Virus record (IMG/VR): IMGVR_UViG_2681813318_000003
Origin: a virus
Taxonomy: Duplodnaviria; Heunggongvirae; Uroviricota; Caudoviricetes
Length of the DNA stretch: 64,000 nucleotides
Reading direction: 5' to 3' (one strand)
Of the stretch, positions 9,528 through 20,146 are shown piece by piece. The translations under genes and the position numbers were made by a program. Every line of letters starts with the position of its first letter. Position 1 is the first letter of the stretch. The notes below the pieces were generated by a model. It was not told the DNA's origin and did not search any database. It saw only the letters and a program-made list of their open reading frames with translations.

Positions 9528-10172
9528 CTAATGAACGGTTACTCGGCCACAGAACCGGTTTTCTATCTTTTCTACAGCGTTATCTAGCATTCTCATCACT
9601 GATCTGGCTCTTGCTTCAACCGTGCGATATCGGTTGGAAACGACGAAGGTTTGCAGATCTCCCCTTTGCGGATGCAGGTGAATTTTTGTCAGTTCCCCGC
9701 ACATCAACGCATCAATACGAGCGACATACAGACGGTCTAATGATGCTCGTTGTGATCGCAAGTAATCTCGCTCTGAGAGAGCGACTCCCGGGCGTAAGCC
9801 AGCAATGGCGTTAAAGTTTGAAATAGCAGTTTTGTGGCAAAACTTTTCGATATCGAGGGCTAACTCAATACATCGATCTTCATTGGTATGGCCGACCAAA
9901 TCCAACGTGTAGGCCATAACATCAGCAGGTGTGCGATCGATAACAAAGCCTTCAACACCACGCGTAAGTAGCTCTATATGCTTTGCTATTTCCATTTGAA
10001 TCTGAAGCCGCTCATATAGAGGCATAGACTCACCTACTCGAACACCGAGGCGGCTCATCAAACTTCCGACACCAGCATCCACGTAAGGGATTCCGTAATG
10101 TTTGTCGATATATTTAGCCAGGGTTGTTTTCCCACTGCCCTGAGCACCAGTGATCCCAATCCGGTAATCCAT
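9528..10172 (-). CDS. P-loop nucleotide kinase, possibly dNMP kinase
   Basis: Walker A GAQGSGKTT at the N-terminus; sits within the nucleotide-metabolism cluster. Confidence 0.55.
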   Translation of the reverse strand: MDYRIGITGAQGSGKTTLAKYIDKHYGIPYVDAGVGSLMSRLGVRVGESMPLYERLQIQMEIAKHIELLTRGVEGFVIDRTPADVMAYTLDLVGHTNEDRCIELALDIEKFCHKTAISNFNAIAGLRPGVALSERDYLRSQRASLDRLYVARIDALMCGELTKIHLHPQRGDLQTFVVSNRYRTVEARARSVMRMLDNAVEKIENRFCGRVTVH

Positions 10173-10648
10173 TACGACCTTCTGTATACGATCTGCGAAA
10201 AGCCAGGCTCTTCCTCGCTGGCTCGTTGGGTATAAGCTGTTTCAACAGGCACAAAGCCTAAGTTACGCATCATGCTTGCCGGGAAGAATGCATCGGCGTT
10301 TGGTACATCAACGCCGATGTGGGAGAGCCAAATCTCTTCAACATGCGGCATGAATAGCGAGTAAATTTGTTCCCCGCCAATCACCCACACAGGCTCTGGT
10401 AATCGCAACACATCATCCACACCAGCAGGGTAGAATCCATTTGGTACAAAGCCATGAGAGCGCGTCAAAACGAGGTTATGACGCTCTGGAAGAGGGCGTT
10501 TGAGACTTTCCATCGTTTTACGCCCCATAACAACAGTGGCGTTTTTGGTGAGTCTCTTAAATAGCTTCAGATCGGTAGAACAACGCCAGGGCAGTTCGTT
10601 CGCTATGCCGATCTCATAGTTACGGCCAACAGCAGCTATCATCTTCAT
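10172..10648 (-). CDS. folA: dihydrofolate reductase
   Basis: MIAAVGRNYEIG...LPW N-terminal signature and GG..Y C-terminal signature of DHFR. Confidence 0.85.
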   Translation of the reverse strand: MKMIAAVGRNYEIGIANELPWRCSTDLKLFKRLTKNATVVMGRKTMESLKRPLPERHNLVLTRSHGFVPNGFYPAGVDDVLRLPEPVWVIGGEQIYSLFMPHVEEIWLSHIGVDVPNADAFFPASMMRNLGFVPVETAYTQRASEEEPGFSQIVYRRS

Positions 10649-11058
10649 TTGCTCACCTCATAGATGACCGGTCTATGATGAGAGTCAGCTAAAGCGGCAC
10701 GGAGTCGAGGATCGTGCACCAGCGCAGCGATAAGCAGATCGCCTTTATGCTCCGCTAATGTGCGCTTAATATGCTTCTCATAACTGGTGCCATTCGGTAC
10801 GAGATGAAGCCAGTCGTAATCAACGCCAAAATCTTTCAGCCATCGTTTAGTGGGCGCTTCAAGAGTTTCAGAGCGGCTACTGATAAGCACCACTTCAGCC
10901 CCTGAGCGAGCAAAACCACGCAACATACGGCTGGTGGGGAAAATGAGTTCATCACCGGCAATGAGCTGGCCTGCATCCGCGTCAGATACAGATTTACGAT
11001 GACTGGTATTTGCCAGCACACCTTCAATTTCGCATAAGACATACATACCTCTTGCCAT
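10645..11058 (-). CDS. hypothetical protein, possibly HAD-like with a non-canonical motif I
   Basis: YVLCEIEGVLANT resembles the DMDGVLADF motif of 5'-nucleotidases but with Cys-Glu in place of Asp-Asp; start moved to ATG 11056-11058, just after the thymidylate synthase stop. Confidence 0.4.
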   Translation of the reverse strand: MARGMYVLCEIEGVLANTSHRKSVSDADAGQLIAGDELIFPTSRMLRGFARSGAEVVLISSRSETLEAPTKRWLKDFGVDYDWLHLVPNGTSYEKHIKRTLAEHKGDLLIAALVHDPRLRAALADSHHRPVIYEVSK

Positions 11059-11059
11059 A

Positions 11060-12190
11060 TCACACCGCCACTGGAACCTTGATCCACGGTAGAGGGTCAT
11101 AGCCAAGAATTAAAACCTCGTCCCATTTGAAATCATCCAACTCTGACCATTCATGAGGGAAAATAACGACCGGATCTGAATGCTCTGGAGCCTGTCGTTT
11201 CATTAGCTCACACACACCTTCCATTTGGTTGTTGTACAAATGCACGTCAAAGCCAAAATGTACAAATGCACCGGCCATGTGACCCGTAATCTTCGCGAGA
11301 AAATGAGTGAGAATGCCATAGCCAGCAATATTGAATGGCATACCAACAAAAGTGTCTACGCTACGCTGTACGAGGCAGGAGTTGAGGATGCGTTTGGGGA
11401 TTCCAAGTTCATCCAGTTCAGCTTCAGTAACACTGCCGTCCATCTCCAGATCGTATAGCATCTTGGTGTAGATAGACTCATAACCGAGGCGACTGTGTTG
11501 AAGACCAATGTCAGTTGCCATCGTTAAACGGGTTTCAAAATCAAGCTCACGACTCCACAAAGAGAAGACAAAGTGGCAAGGTGGCAGTTTCATATCCTCA
11601 AGCTCGCCTACGTTCCATGCGTTAAGCATGATACGACGATCGGTGGGGTTCGTGCGCAGTGTATCGACAATACGCTGTAGCTGATCGATTTCACGGGACA
11701 GCACTACGCGATCTTCACTGATACCCAGGTATCCCTCGACTTTGTACCCGCGTTCACGGAAAGTATCGATCTTGCTCAGATATTCACTATGGCTCACGAT
11801 GCGGGTATCTTCCCATCGACGCCACTGCTTACCGTAAACCGGCCCCAAATCGCCATTCTCATCGGCCCATGCATCCCAAATCTTAACGCCGTTATCCTTG
11901 AGAAATTGGATGTTGCCCGTGCCTTTCAGATACCACTCAAGTTCGACAAGCAGTGGCTTAAGATTTACCGCCTTTCCAGAAATAAGCGGCACAGTCCCAC
12001 CAGTAAGCATGTAGTAAGAGGGAACGTAGCAGGTGCTTAAAGTACCAGTGCCTGTGCGATCATCAGCCTGCACGCCGCTTTTAAGCACCGTCTCAATAAC
12101 TTTTGCATACGATGCGTTTGTTACCTGACCGTTCGTATGCTCACGATTCAAAAGGAGTGACACAAAAACCTCACAAAGATAAGTAACCAC
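11060..12190 (-). CDS. thyA: thymidylate synthase
   Basis: DRTGTGT, WADENGDLGPVYGKQWR and active-site LPPCH motifs; longer than bacterial ThyA, with insertions. Confidence 0.85.
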   Translation of the reverse strand: MVTYLCEVFVSLLLNREHTNGQVTNASYAKVIETVLKSGVQADDRTGTGTLSTCYVPSYYMLTGGTVPLISGKAVNLKPLLVELEWYLKGTGNIQFLKDNGVKIWDAWADENGDLGPVYGKQWRRWEDTRIVSHSEYLSKIDTFRERGYKVEGYLGISEDRVVLSREIDQLQRIVDTLRTNPTDRRIMLNAWNVGELEDMKLPPCHFVFSLWSRELDFETRLTMATDIGLQHSRLGYESIYTKMLYDLEMDGSVTEAELDELGIPKRILNSCLVQRSVDTFVGMPFNIAGYGILTHFLAKITGHMAGAFVHFGFDVHLYNNQMEGVCELMKRQAPEHSDPVVIFPHEWSELDDFKWDEVLILGYDPLPWIKVPVAV

Positions 12191-12247
12191 TTATTCCTTA
12201 AGTGAGTTTACATTTATTGAGGGAACAAGGCCAGATAGATAAAAAAA

Positions 12248-12266
12248 TGGTGGCCATAGGCCACCA
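12248..12266 (-). terminator. hairpin TGGTGGCC-ATA-GGCCACCA with a flanking U-run
   Basis: Minus-strand read has the hairpin followed by TTTTTTT; downstream of the 12335 stop. Confidence 0.55.
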
Positions 12267-12334
12267 AAAACGAATAGTTGTTTCAGAAATTTAACGCGCC
12301 AACGCAATATACACAGATAGATAACTACCTACAA

Positions 12335-13204
12335 TTATTTTTTGATCATTCCGTACATTGCTGAGGCTTTAGCTTGCTCAACAAAGGAGGATAAATCGAC
12401 ATCACTATAGGTTGGAGACTTCAGAATCTTTCCATCGGAAATTCGAAAACCGATCATCTTATCGGTGCCATCAGCATGGCGAAATCCCAGGTCAGAAGAG
12501 TCGTATTTGCAGTTGGCCACAGCATGGCGACGCTCTTCGGCATCTGCAGGCCATAATTTTGTCATGTTGGACCGATGAATTTCGCCAACCAGCTCGACGA
12601 CATTGATACCGAGGAAATCAGCCAGTCGATAGGTCATCATGCACGCCACATAGATTTTGTTCATTACACGGCGCAGTTCCTGAATCAGCTCAGAATCCTT
12701 AACAGTCTTGTTCTCAAGTTTATCTGCCAGCTCTTCGAGCATACATGACGCCTCACGAGCTTCCTGAAATGGCATTGCCATATCATCGAAAACAGTGTTA
12801 CCAGGCACAAAAATTGTCTGCATAAAGCGATCAATGCTCTGTTCCTGCGTGTAATAGGTCATGCCGGTAGAAATACCACCTTTGATGGCGACCATCGTAC
12901 CAACACCAACGTATAAAAAGTCGGCCATTGCATCCAGCAGTTGCTCAATATCCCCATTCATTGCGGCTGGAATACCTTCCACTACAGCTTCTTCATGAAT
13001 CAGGCTTGCACGGAGACGAAGCAGCTCTGGTGTCGGCATAACGCGTCTCGGATGCTGGAAGAGTTCATGAAACTGATCGACCATCTTGTAAATACTTTCA
13101 GTAGCTACACCATGACCTTCATGCAACTCATATGGTTCTGGCTTAAATCCAATGAGTCGATCGGTGGCAAGTTTCAGGTGGTCAGTCAGTTTGGTAAAGT
13201 TCAT
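12335..13204 (-). CDS. hypothetical protein, possibly an all-alpha NTP pyrophosphohydrolase (MazG/HisE-like)
   Basis: Two regions with EE..E and E...D acidic patterns on predicted helices; weak. Confidence 0.4.
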   Translation of the reverse strand: MNFTKLTDHLKLATDRLIGFKPEPYELHEGHGVATESIYKMVDQFHELFQHPRRVMPTPELLRLRASLIHEEAVVEGIPAAMNGDIEQLLDAMADFLYVGVGTMVAIKGGISTGMTYYTQEQSIDRFMQTIFVPGNTVFDDMAMPFQEAREASCMLEELADKLENKTVKDSELIQELRRVMNKIYVACMMTYRLADFLGINVVELVGEIHRSNMTKLWPADAEERRHAVANCKYDSSDLGFRHADGTDKMIGFRISDGKILKSPTYSDVDLSSFVEQAKASAMYGMIKK

Positions 13205-13281
13205 GCTAGTTTTGTTCCTTCTTAATTCTTGTGATCCATTGTGGCCCAGCGTTGCCAGGCCACATAATGCTTTGTATCGGT

Positions 13282-14424
13282 TTACAGGTCTGCAAACTGG
13301 CTTAGAGAAGCCTTATCCACGGTAGAATCGATCTGACCTACCAGATATGTGCTTTGCTCTGCCTCTTGTGGTGCAATTTGCAGTGTGTCGGTTAACAACC
13401 ACTTGTTCATCCAGACCAGCGGATCTGTGGTAACTTCTGGAAATAAAGCCTTCAGGCCAAGACGATTCATAGCCAGATTGGTGCGGTATTTTACATAGGT
13501 CTTCAGAATATCCGCGTTTAAACCAATCATCGAACCGTCTTTGAAGAGATAGTCTGCCCAGTTCATTTCTTGTTCGGCGACTGATTTCATGGTGTCGTAA
13601 ATGACGTTTTCTTCATCAGCAGCAATCTCTTTCCACAATAAACCTTCGCGACCGGTACGCATGAAGCGGATCATGCGTTCAGTTCCTTCGCAATGCAGAG
13701 CTTCATCACGGGCAATAAAGCGCATAATTTTGGTGTTGCCCTCAAGCAACTTCCGTTCGCCAAAGGCAAACGTACATGCAAAACTTACATAGAAACGGAT
13801 CGCCTCAAGCGCATTAATGGACACCAACGTGCGGAAAAGCTGACGGTGCAAAGGGTATGGCTCCCAGCCATATTCATTTACGTACAGACGTTCAAACTCT
13901 TTCTCACCTAACGACTGGCGCTCGCAGGTCATCCCATAAAGCCTGTCATATTCAGCAGAGATACTGATCGCTCGGTTGATGATTTCTTCATCCGTAACAA
14001 TACCGTTAAAAACAATGCTCGGATCGTCCACCATGCCACGAATAATGTGGGTGTAGCTGCGGCTATGGATAGTCTCAGAGAAAGACCATGTTTCAACCCA
14101 CGTTTCCAGTTCAGGAATAGAGATAAGCGGCAGCAGCGTTGCATTTGGGCTACGTCCCTGAACTGAATCGAGTAACGTTTGATAACGGAGATTGCTCAGA
14201 AAAATGTGACGTTCGTGGTCCCGCAGCTTCGTGTTGAAGTCGATACGATCGCTCGAAATATCAACTTCTTCCGGCCGCCAGAAGAAAGACAATTGACGTT
14301 CAATCAACTTTTCAAAATCACGGTATTTTTGCTGATCGTAACGTGCCACGTTGACAGATTGTCCGAGGAACATAGGCTCTTTGGTTGCATCATTAGCACC
14401 CAAACGGAACGTTGAATATGACAT
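13282..14424 (-). CDS. nrdB: ribonucleotide reductase class Ia beta subunit
   Basis: Long stretches match enterobacterial NrdB as I recall it (for example [37 protein letters not shown]). Confidence 0.95.
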   Translation of the reverse strand: MSYSTFRLGANDATKEPMFLGQSVNVARYDQQKYRDFEKLIERQLSFFWRPEEVDISSDRIDFNTKLRDHERHIFLSNLRYQTLLDSVQGRSPNATLLPLISIPELETWVETWSFSETIHSRSYTHIIRGMVDDPSIVFNGIVTDEEIINRAISISAEYDRLYGMTCERQSLGEKEFERLYVNEYGWEPYPLHRQLFRTLVSINALEAIRFYVSFACTFAFGERKLLEGNTKIMRFIARDEALHCEGTERMIRFMRTGREGLLWKEIAADEENVIYDTMKSVAEQEMNWADYLFKDGSMIGLNADILKTYVKYRTNLAMNRLGLKALFPEVTTDPLVWMNKWLLTDTLQIAPQEAEQSTYLVGQIDSTVDKASLSQFADL

Positions 14425-14528
14425 GTGTTTTCCTTTTGCTTATTGATGTGTTTAAACAAGTTGTTATCTTATTTGTTTAAACAAGGTTTACAAATCAAAG
14501 AGAAGGTGGGGATATCCCCCACCATATG

Positions 14529-16844
14529 TCAGATTTTGCAGGCTCCGTCGCACTCATCTTCTGGCTCGACGGCTACAGCTTGCGTCAGTGGATTCTGCGG
14601 TTCGTCGTCATCACGCTTTCCTGCCCCATCTCTGGTGTTGTGGTAGTAAAGCGTTTTAACTCCCATCTTGTAGGCGAGAAGCAAATCTGACAGTAGCGTC
14701 ATCATTGGGACTTTATCGCCTTCAAAGCGAGAAGGGTCATAGTTGGTATTGGCTGAAATAGCCTGGTCAAAGAACTTCTGGATGATCGCCACCTTTGTCA
14801 GATAGCCGCGGTTGTCCGGCATATCCCACAGGTATTCATACTGTTCCTTCAGTTTTTCAAACTCAGGCACGACCATCTTAACGATGCCGTCCTTAGAAGA
14901 TTTCACCGACACCGGGCCACGAGGCGGTTCGATGCCGTTGGTGGAATTAGTGATCTGGCTGGAAGTCTCGCATGGCATTTGTGCCGTCAGTGTGGAGTTG
15001 CGAAGGCCGTATTTTGCAATACGTTCACGCAGTTCTTCCCACGGCATCTTTAACTCAAAGTTGGTTTCGCCACTTTCGTCTAATGAAGAACGGTAATGGT
15101 CGATCGGCAACTGACCAATTGCGTACTTGGTCTGCTCAAACCAGTCACACTCACCTTTTGCTTCAGCAAGTCGGCAGCTGGCATCAAGAAGGTAATACTG
15201 GATAGCTTCGAACGTTTCATGCACCAGTTTATTGCCAGCGGTATCAGAATAACGAACGCCATTCTTTGCCAGGTAATAAGCAAAGTTGGTTACACCAATT
15301 CCCAAGCTACGACGAGCTTTGGCAGGCACTGCGGCTGCCTCCATCGGATAGTCTTGATAATCCAGTAACGAATCCAGTGCAGCAACGGCATAGAACGCCA
15401 CCTCTTTAAGAGACTCCAGTGAACGGATGGCTCCGAGGTTAAAAGCGGATAAAGTGCATAGCGCGATCTCACCGTTCGGGTCGTCGGTAAATGCCAGTGG
15501 ACGAGTGGGTAGAGTGATCTCCATGCACAGGTTTGACTGGCGGACAGGTGCAAGAGCAGGAATGAAAGCGCCATGCTCATTAATATGATCGACGTTCGCA
15601 ATATAAATTCGGCCCGTGGACGCTCGTTCCTGCATCAGAGATGAGAACAGCTCAATGGCAGACACTGACTTCTTGCGAATTGAATCATCGGCTTCGTATT
15701 TATGGTACAGCTTTTCAAACAGATCCTGGTCTGTGAAGAAGGCTTCGTACATATCAGGCACATCATGCGGGCTGAACAGAGTGATGTTCTCGCTTCTGAC
15801 GAGTCGACGGTACATTAGACGGTTACTCATGACGCCGTAATCAAGATGGCGAACGCGGTTTTCATCAATACCACGGTTATTTTTCACCACCAGCAGACTT
15901 TCAACTTCAAGATGCCAGATCGGGTAAAACGCTGTTGCTGCGCCACCACGAACACCACCTTGCGAACAAGATTTAACAGCCGTCTGGAAATGCTTCAGGA
16001 ATGGAATAACTCCGGTATGGGTGGCTTCACCATTGCGGATCTCGCTGCCCAGCGCACGGATACGGCCAAAACCAATACCAATTCCAGCACGACGTGAAAC
16101 GTAGTCGATAATTGCGGCTGAAGCTGCACTAATCCCTTTCAGACTATCGCCAGACTCAATCAGCACACAACTGGAGAACTGACGGGTTGGAGTACGGACG
16201 CCGGCCATGATTGGTGTGGGCAGAGACAGTTTGAACGTACTTGTAACGTCATAGAAACCTTTGACCATCTCCATACGTGTTTTACCAGCGCAGTCGTCTT
16301 CCCAATTCTGGAACAGACACATGCCTACCAGCATATAGATATGTTGCGGCCCCTCATGAATCTCACCAGTAACACGGTTTTGAACGAGGTATTTGCTTTG
16401 CAACTGCACCGTAGCTGCATAGCCAAAAAGATCGTCACGTTTCGGCTTAATGTAATTGCCGAGTTCTTCGATCTCTTCAAACGAATAATGTGTCAGCAAA
16501 TCCTTGTCATAAACGCCCTTGTTAACGTTCTTGACAATGTGTTGGTAGAAGTTCGGATAGTCGTAACGACCGAAGGCATCTTTGCGGATTTTAAAAATGT
16601 TCAGGCGGGCAGCCACCTGTGAGTAATTTGGTGCTTCTGGTGAGATCAAATCAGCGGCAGATTTAACCAAAGCCTCATGCAACTGGCTGGTGGTAATCCC
16701 ATCAAAAATGCTGGCCGCAGCTCCCATTGCTACAGCGGATGCGCTTACACCACGAATGCCTTCTACGCCATACATTACGACGCGGTTGTATTTTTCTTCG
16801 GATAACGGCTCTGTTTGGCCGTTACGTTTTACGATGCTTATCAT
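14529..16844 (-). CDS. nrdA: ribonucleotide reductase class Ia alpha subunit
   Basis: 771 aa, class Ia NrdA-like throughout; directly upstream of nrdB. Confidence 0.95.
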   Translation of the reverse strand: MISIVKRNGQTEPLSEEKYNRVVMYGVEGIRGVSASAVAMGAAASIFDGITTSQLHEALVKSAADLISPEAPNYSQVAARLNIFKIRKDAFGRYDYPNFYQHIVKNVNKGVYDKDLLTHYSFEEIEELGNYIKPKRDDLFGYAATVQLQSKYLVQNRVTGEIHEGPQHIYMLVGMCLFQNWEDDCAGKTRMEMVKGFYDVTSTFKLSLPTPIMAGVRTPTRQFSSCVLIESGDSLKGISAASAAIIDYVSRRAGIGIGFGRIRALGSEIRNGEATHTGVIPFLKHFQTAVKSCSQGGVRGGAATAFYPIWHLEVESLLVVKNNRGIDENRVRHLDYGVMSNRLMYRRLVRSENITLFSPHDVPDMYEAFFTDQDLFEKLYHKYEADDSIRKKSVSAIELFSSLMQERASTGRIYIANVDHINEHGAFIPALAPVRQSNLCMEITLPTRPLAFTDDPNGEIALCTLSAFNLGAIRSLESLKEVAFYAVAALDSLLDYQDYPMEAAAVPAKARRSLGIGVTNFAYYLAKNGVRYSDTAGNKLVHETFEAIQYYLLDASCRLAEAKGECDWFEQTKYAIGQLPIDHYRSSLDESGETNFELKMPWEELRERIAKYGLRNSTLTAQMPCETSSQITNSTNGIEPPRGPVSVKSSKDGIVKMVVPEFEKLKEQYEYLWDMPDNRGYLTKVAIIQKFFDQAISANTNYDPSRFEGDKVPMMTLLSDLLLAYKMGVKTLYYHNTRDGAGKRDDDEPQNPLTQAVAVEPEDECDGACKI

Positions 16845-16861
16845 GTATCACCAAATAAAGA

Positions 16862-16883
16862 GGGCCACTAAATATAGTGGCCC
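16862..16883 (-). terminator. hairpin GGGCCACTA-AATA-TAGTGGCCC between the RuvC-like gene and nrdA
   Basis: 9-bp stem; minus-strand downstream sequence is TCTTTATTTGG. Confidence 0.45.
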
Positions 16884-16917
16884 ATGTTAATAGATAAGCA
16901 CTTACCTATCAACGAGA

Positions 16918-17487
16918 TCAAATGAGAGACTTGAGAACATCGCGCACCTGGCGAAACTGATCTGTTTGCATACCGGTATGGATGGCAGCCACCGCATCAG
17001 CCAAATGTTCGTTTTTGTTCACGAGAACATCCTGTCCAGATTGCTTACGACGCAGCCACGGTGCTTTAGGGTGTTTTTTCGTAGCCCACTGGATAATCTC
17101 TTCTTTCGATGTAGTAAGTTTATTGCCGACAAAATGCTTGATTTCGTTTGGAGTAACCTGGATCAATGGCTTATCCACACACGCAAGTACACCGATACAA
17201 ATACCGTAAGACGTCTGCGAACGAGAGTTTTGGCTCCCAACCGGTAGCTCACAAAAAACCATATTTGCCTTATCAATGATTGGCTTCGCAACACGCCATA
17301 TTTCACTGGCTCGGCGCAGATCGTCACTGTTCACACGAACGGTCTTTTTGTTACTCCCCGCTTTAGTCTCAACAAGAGTAAGGCCGTGAATCTCAAGTTC
17401 GTCCGTCTCAAGGTCTAAAGTGCCCACAGCAAGCCCAAAGTTGCTCATTGAGGGATCAACACCAACTACGCTGATTTTTTTACTCAT
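16918..17487 (-). CDS. RuvC-like Holliday junction resolvase
   Basis: VVGVDPS N-terminal motif and EHLADAVAAIHTG C-terminal motif. Confidence 0.6.
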   Translation of the reverse strand: MSKKISVVGVDPSMSNFGLAVGTLDLETDELEIHGLTLVETKAGSNKKTVRVNSDDLRRASEIWRVAKPIIDKANMVFCELPVGSQNSRSQTSYGICIGVLACVDKPLIQVTPNEIKHFVGNKLTTSKEEIIQWATKKHPKAPWLRRKQSGQDVLVNKNEHLADAVAAIHTGMQTDQFRQVRDVLKSLI

Positions 17488-17496
17488 ATAGTCTCC

Positions 17497-18240
17497 TTAC
17501 CATGTTCCCCATATAGGGTTTTCCAATAATCTCGCCTCCAACGAATTGGCTACTATTGCCGTTTGCAACGTTGGTTGGGGATAGTTTGCAAAGTCTGAAT
17601 ACTCATTTTCCTGCGTGACACGTTTATCTGCGGCATGTTTAACACCACTTGCTATGAAATGACGCATGATGCCCAACAGCCTCCGACTGTCTGCACTATC
17701 GTTTGCTAAAACATGAGGGAGCTGAAGTTCGATTTCTACCATTTCTCCATACTTACCAACAAACTGTAGTTTGTCCGCACTGTACTTTTTATCCCTCCTT
17801 TGGATAAGGAAACCAGTAAAAGCATCACCTGGCGATGCCAAACTATCCGCCCGCTTATTGGCAAGTCGAATAAGGTTCGTGAAAGCCATACAGAGATGCG
17901 CATCCATTGCCCCAAAGAACCCTTCGCTATTAATGTTAAGATCTTCAGTTTCATGGGTTGCGATAAACCCAGGTCCGACGTTGGGAAGATATCCCCCCTC
18001 AACAAAAGGATTAATCAAGATCGGCGCAATACATCCAGACGGCAGTGATTCCAAACTTTGCATCAATGGTGTCTCGGATATTAGACCAAGCAACGGGGCG
18101 AATTGTGCTTTGTCAATATTATTGCTGCCCCACAGAATACGTGGAGCCGCACTATTGGAAGTATGCCCATTGATCAGTTTTATCGACTGCATCACTGCAA
18201 ACACCTGCAAAAACTGCGAGCGGCTTAATTTAAACGACAT
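17497..18240 (-). CDS. hypothetical protein
   Basis: 247-aa ORF; its start overlaps the upstream stop by 11 nt. Confidence 0.5.
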   Translation of the reverse strand: MSFKLSRSQFLQVFAVMQSIKLINGHTSNSAAPRILWGSNNIDKAQFAPLLGLISETPLMQSLESLPSGCIAPILINPFVEGGYLPNVGPGFIATHETEDLNINSEGFFGAMDAHLCMAFTNLIRLANKRADSLASPGDAFTGFLIQRRDKKYSADKLQFVGKYGEMVEIELQLPHVLANDSADSRRLLGIMRHFIASGVKHAADKRVTQENEYSDFANYPQPTLQTAIVANSLEARLLENPIWGTW

Positions 18241-20146
18241 AGCTGCGCCCCTCTTTAACTTCCAGCGTAATAGTTTCGCGGAACCATGACTTCATCTCTT
18301 TATGGGAGATAATCAGCACAGTGCCCCGTTCGCGAGCTTTGGACTCCAGAATACCCATGAGGCGTTCAAGACCGGCTGTATCGAGTGCATCGTCAATTTC
18401 GTCGCCGATAAACAAATCGATGTTTTTACTCGCCCGGTTACTAACCAGATCCTGCAATGCCAAAGAACACGCAATGCGAACCTTCCGCTTCTCACCACCA
18501 GAGAGGGTCTGGAACGACTTACTTGAACCTTTCTTCTGCACACTAATGTTGAATTTGTCGCGATACTCACCTTTTTTAGTGACATCCATCGTCGACCACT
18601 CAGCAGTAATATTCCCGTCAGACAACGTATTGAGATACTCGGCTGTGCGTGTATTCAGGAAAGGCGTAACAGACGTCAAAATATGAGAACGCACCCCGGC
18701 AGGAGAGTAGACCTGACGAGCTTTTTCCAATAGCAACGTTTGTTCCTGAATAGCCTTCAACTCATCTTTTAAGGACTTGAAGGTAGACTTACTGGATACC
18801 AGGTTATCTTCGTGTCTGGCGATAAGAGCAATAAACGGATTAATCTCTTTTGATATACGATCGACCTCAGTACGAGCACGAGTAACAAGAGACTCAATAG
18901 CAACAACCTCCTTCTCACGATGACGCAAAGATGAGAGTTGTTTAGTAAGTTCTTCAATCCGGGCAATGATAGCCGTTACATCAGGTGTCGTTTTAACAAG
19001 GGCAGACTCAATGCTTAACGCCTTCTCAAGATTCGTTTTGTGTTTAGCCATTGCCTCTGCAAGTGTCTTCGCCTGACCAATTTCCTGACGTGCTTGTTCA
19101 ATGAAATTCTCCTTCACCGTTGATAGATCTTTTTCGCAGTAGGCTTTGCCACAAGTAGGGCATGGTGATCCTACTTTAGTACCAACCTCTTCTGCTTTGG
19201 TCTTAAAATTGCGCGCGCGGCTCATTGCATCAGCCTGACTATTTTCTGTAGCTTTGATGCTTGCCCGAATATCAGTTATCGCTCCACGCACTTTGAGCAA
19301 CTTGGCGTCATGTTCTTCTTTTGAGGCTAACTTTTTGCGCTCACTTTCGATTGCCTTCTCGGTATCACAGATCTGTTCGGGAAGAGTGCGGATCTCAAGT
19401 TCAACTTCTGTTAACTCAACTTCGGCACTTGCCAGCCCAGCCAGGGCATCGTCATAACGTTTAGAACGCTCTTGTTCCCATGATTCAGAGGAGGCTTTCG
19501 CGGACTCAATTTCTGACTGTGTTGCCTCAATGGTCGAGATTGTCGACTCCAATTTGGTTTTAACCACGTCCATACGTGCGGCAGCTGCGTTAGCTCGTTC
19601 ACGAGCAATAGCGTAGGCGCGTGTCAGTCTGTCAACGCCAGCGGCTTCTTCTACGATGGTTTTGAGGTTTTTGTCGGACATTCCAGGTAGATCTGGCATA
19701 GCTTCTTGGCTTGCATAGATGGAAGCCATGAAAACCTCTTTAGATGCACCGATCAGACGTTCGACGAACTCTTGCGTCAGCGCATCTTTGCCTTTCGTCA
19801 TATCGCCGTCTTCACCACGAACGATAAGCCGATTTTTGAACTCTTTGTGTTTACGGTGACGAATGATCGCATATCTCTTGCCTTCATCCTCGATGGTTAC
19901 TGCAACACGACAGTTCTTTTCATGGTCGGTAGACAACACATCGTCCCCCTTCACACCATGAGCTGTTTCACCATAAAGACACCACATCAGGCTATTCATT
20001 AGAGTTGACTTTCCAGAGCCATTACTTGATGCGGAACTATCATCACTATTAACGCCCTGAATTAACACTAAACCACGCTGATCTAACTCGACCTCCGCGC
20101 TGGCGATAGCCATAAAATTCTCAACCTGGAGTTTTAAAAACTTCAT
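18230..20146 (-). CDS. sbcC: SbcC/Rad50-like recombination ATPase
   Basis: Walker A GSGKST, long coiled-coil middle with a CPTCGK zinc hook, signature LSGGEKRKV and D-loop GDEIDDALD. Confidence 0.85.
   Translation of the reverse strand: MKFLKLQVENFMAIASAEVELDQRGLVLIQGVNSDDSSASSNGSGKSTLMNSLMWCLYGETAHGVKGDDVLSTDHEKNCRVAVTIEDEGKRYAIIRHRKHKEFKNRLIVRGEDGDMTKGKDALTQEFVERLIGASKEVFMASIYASQEAMPDLPGMSDKNLKTIVEEAAGVDRLTRAYAIARERANAAAARMDVVKTKLESTISTIEATQSEIESAKASSESWEQERSKRYDDALAGLASAEVELTEVELEIRTLPEQICDTEKAIESERKKLASKEEHDAKLLKVRGAITDIRASIKATENSQADAMSRARNFKTKAEEVGTKVGSPCPTCGKAYCEKDLSTVKENFIEQARQEIGQAKTLAEAMAKHKTNLEKALSIESALVKTTPDVTAIIARIEELTKQLSSLRHREKEVVAIESLVTRARTEVDRISKEINPFIALIARHEDNLVSSKSTFKSLKDELKAIQEQTLLLEKARQVYSPAGVRSHILTSVTPFLNTRTAEYLNTLSDGNITAEWSTMDVTKKGEYRDKFNISVQKKGSSKSFQTLSGGEKRKVRIACSLALQDLVSNRASKNIDLFIGDEIDDALDTAGLERLMGILESKARERGTVLIISHKEMKSWFRETITLEVKEGRSYVV

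Noticed and set aside
9176-9814. 212-aa plus-strand ORF
   Set aside because: Antisense to two well-supported minus-strand genes; no RBS.
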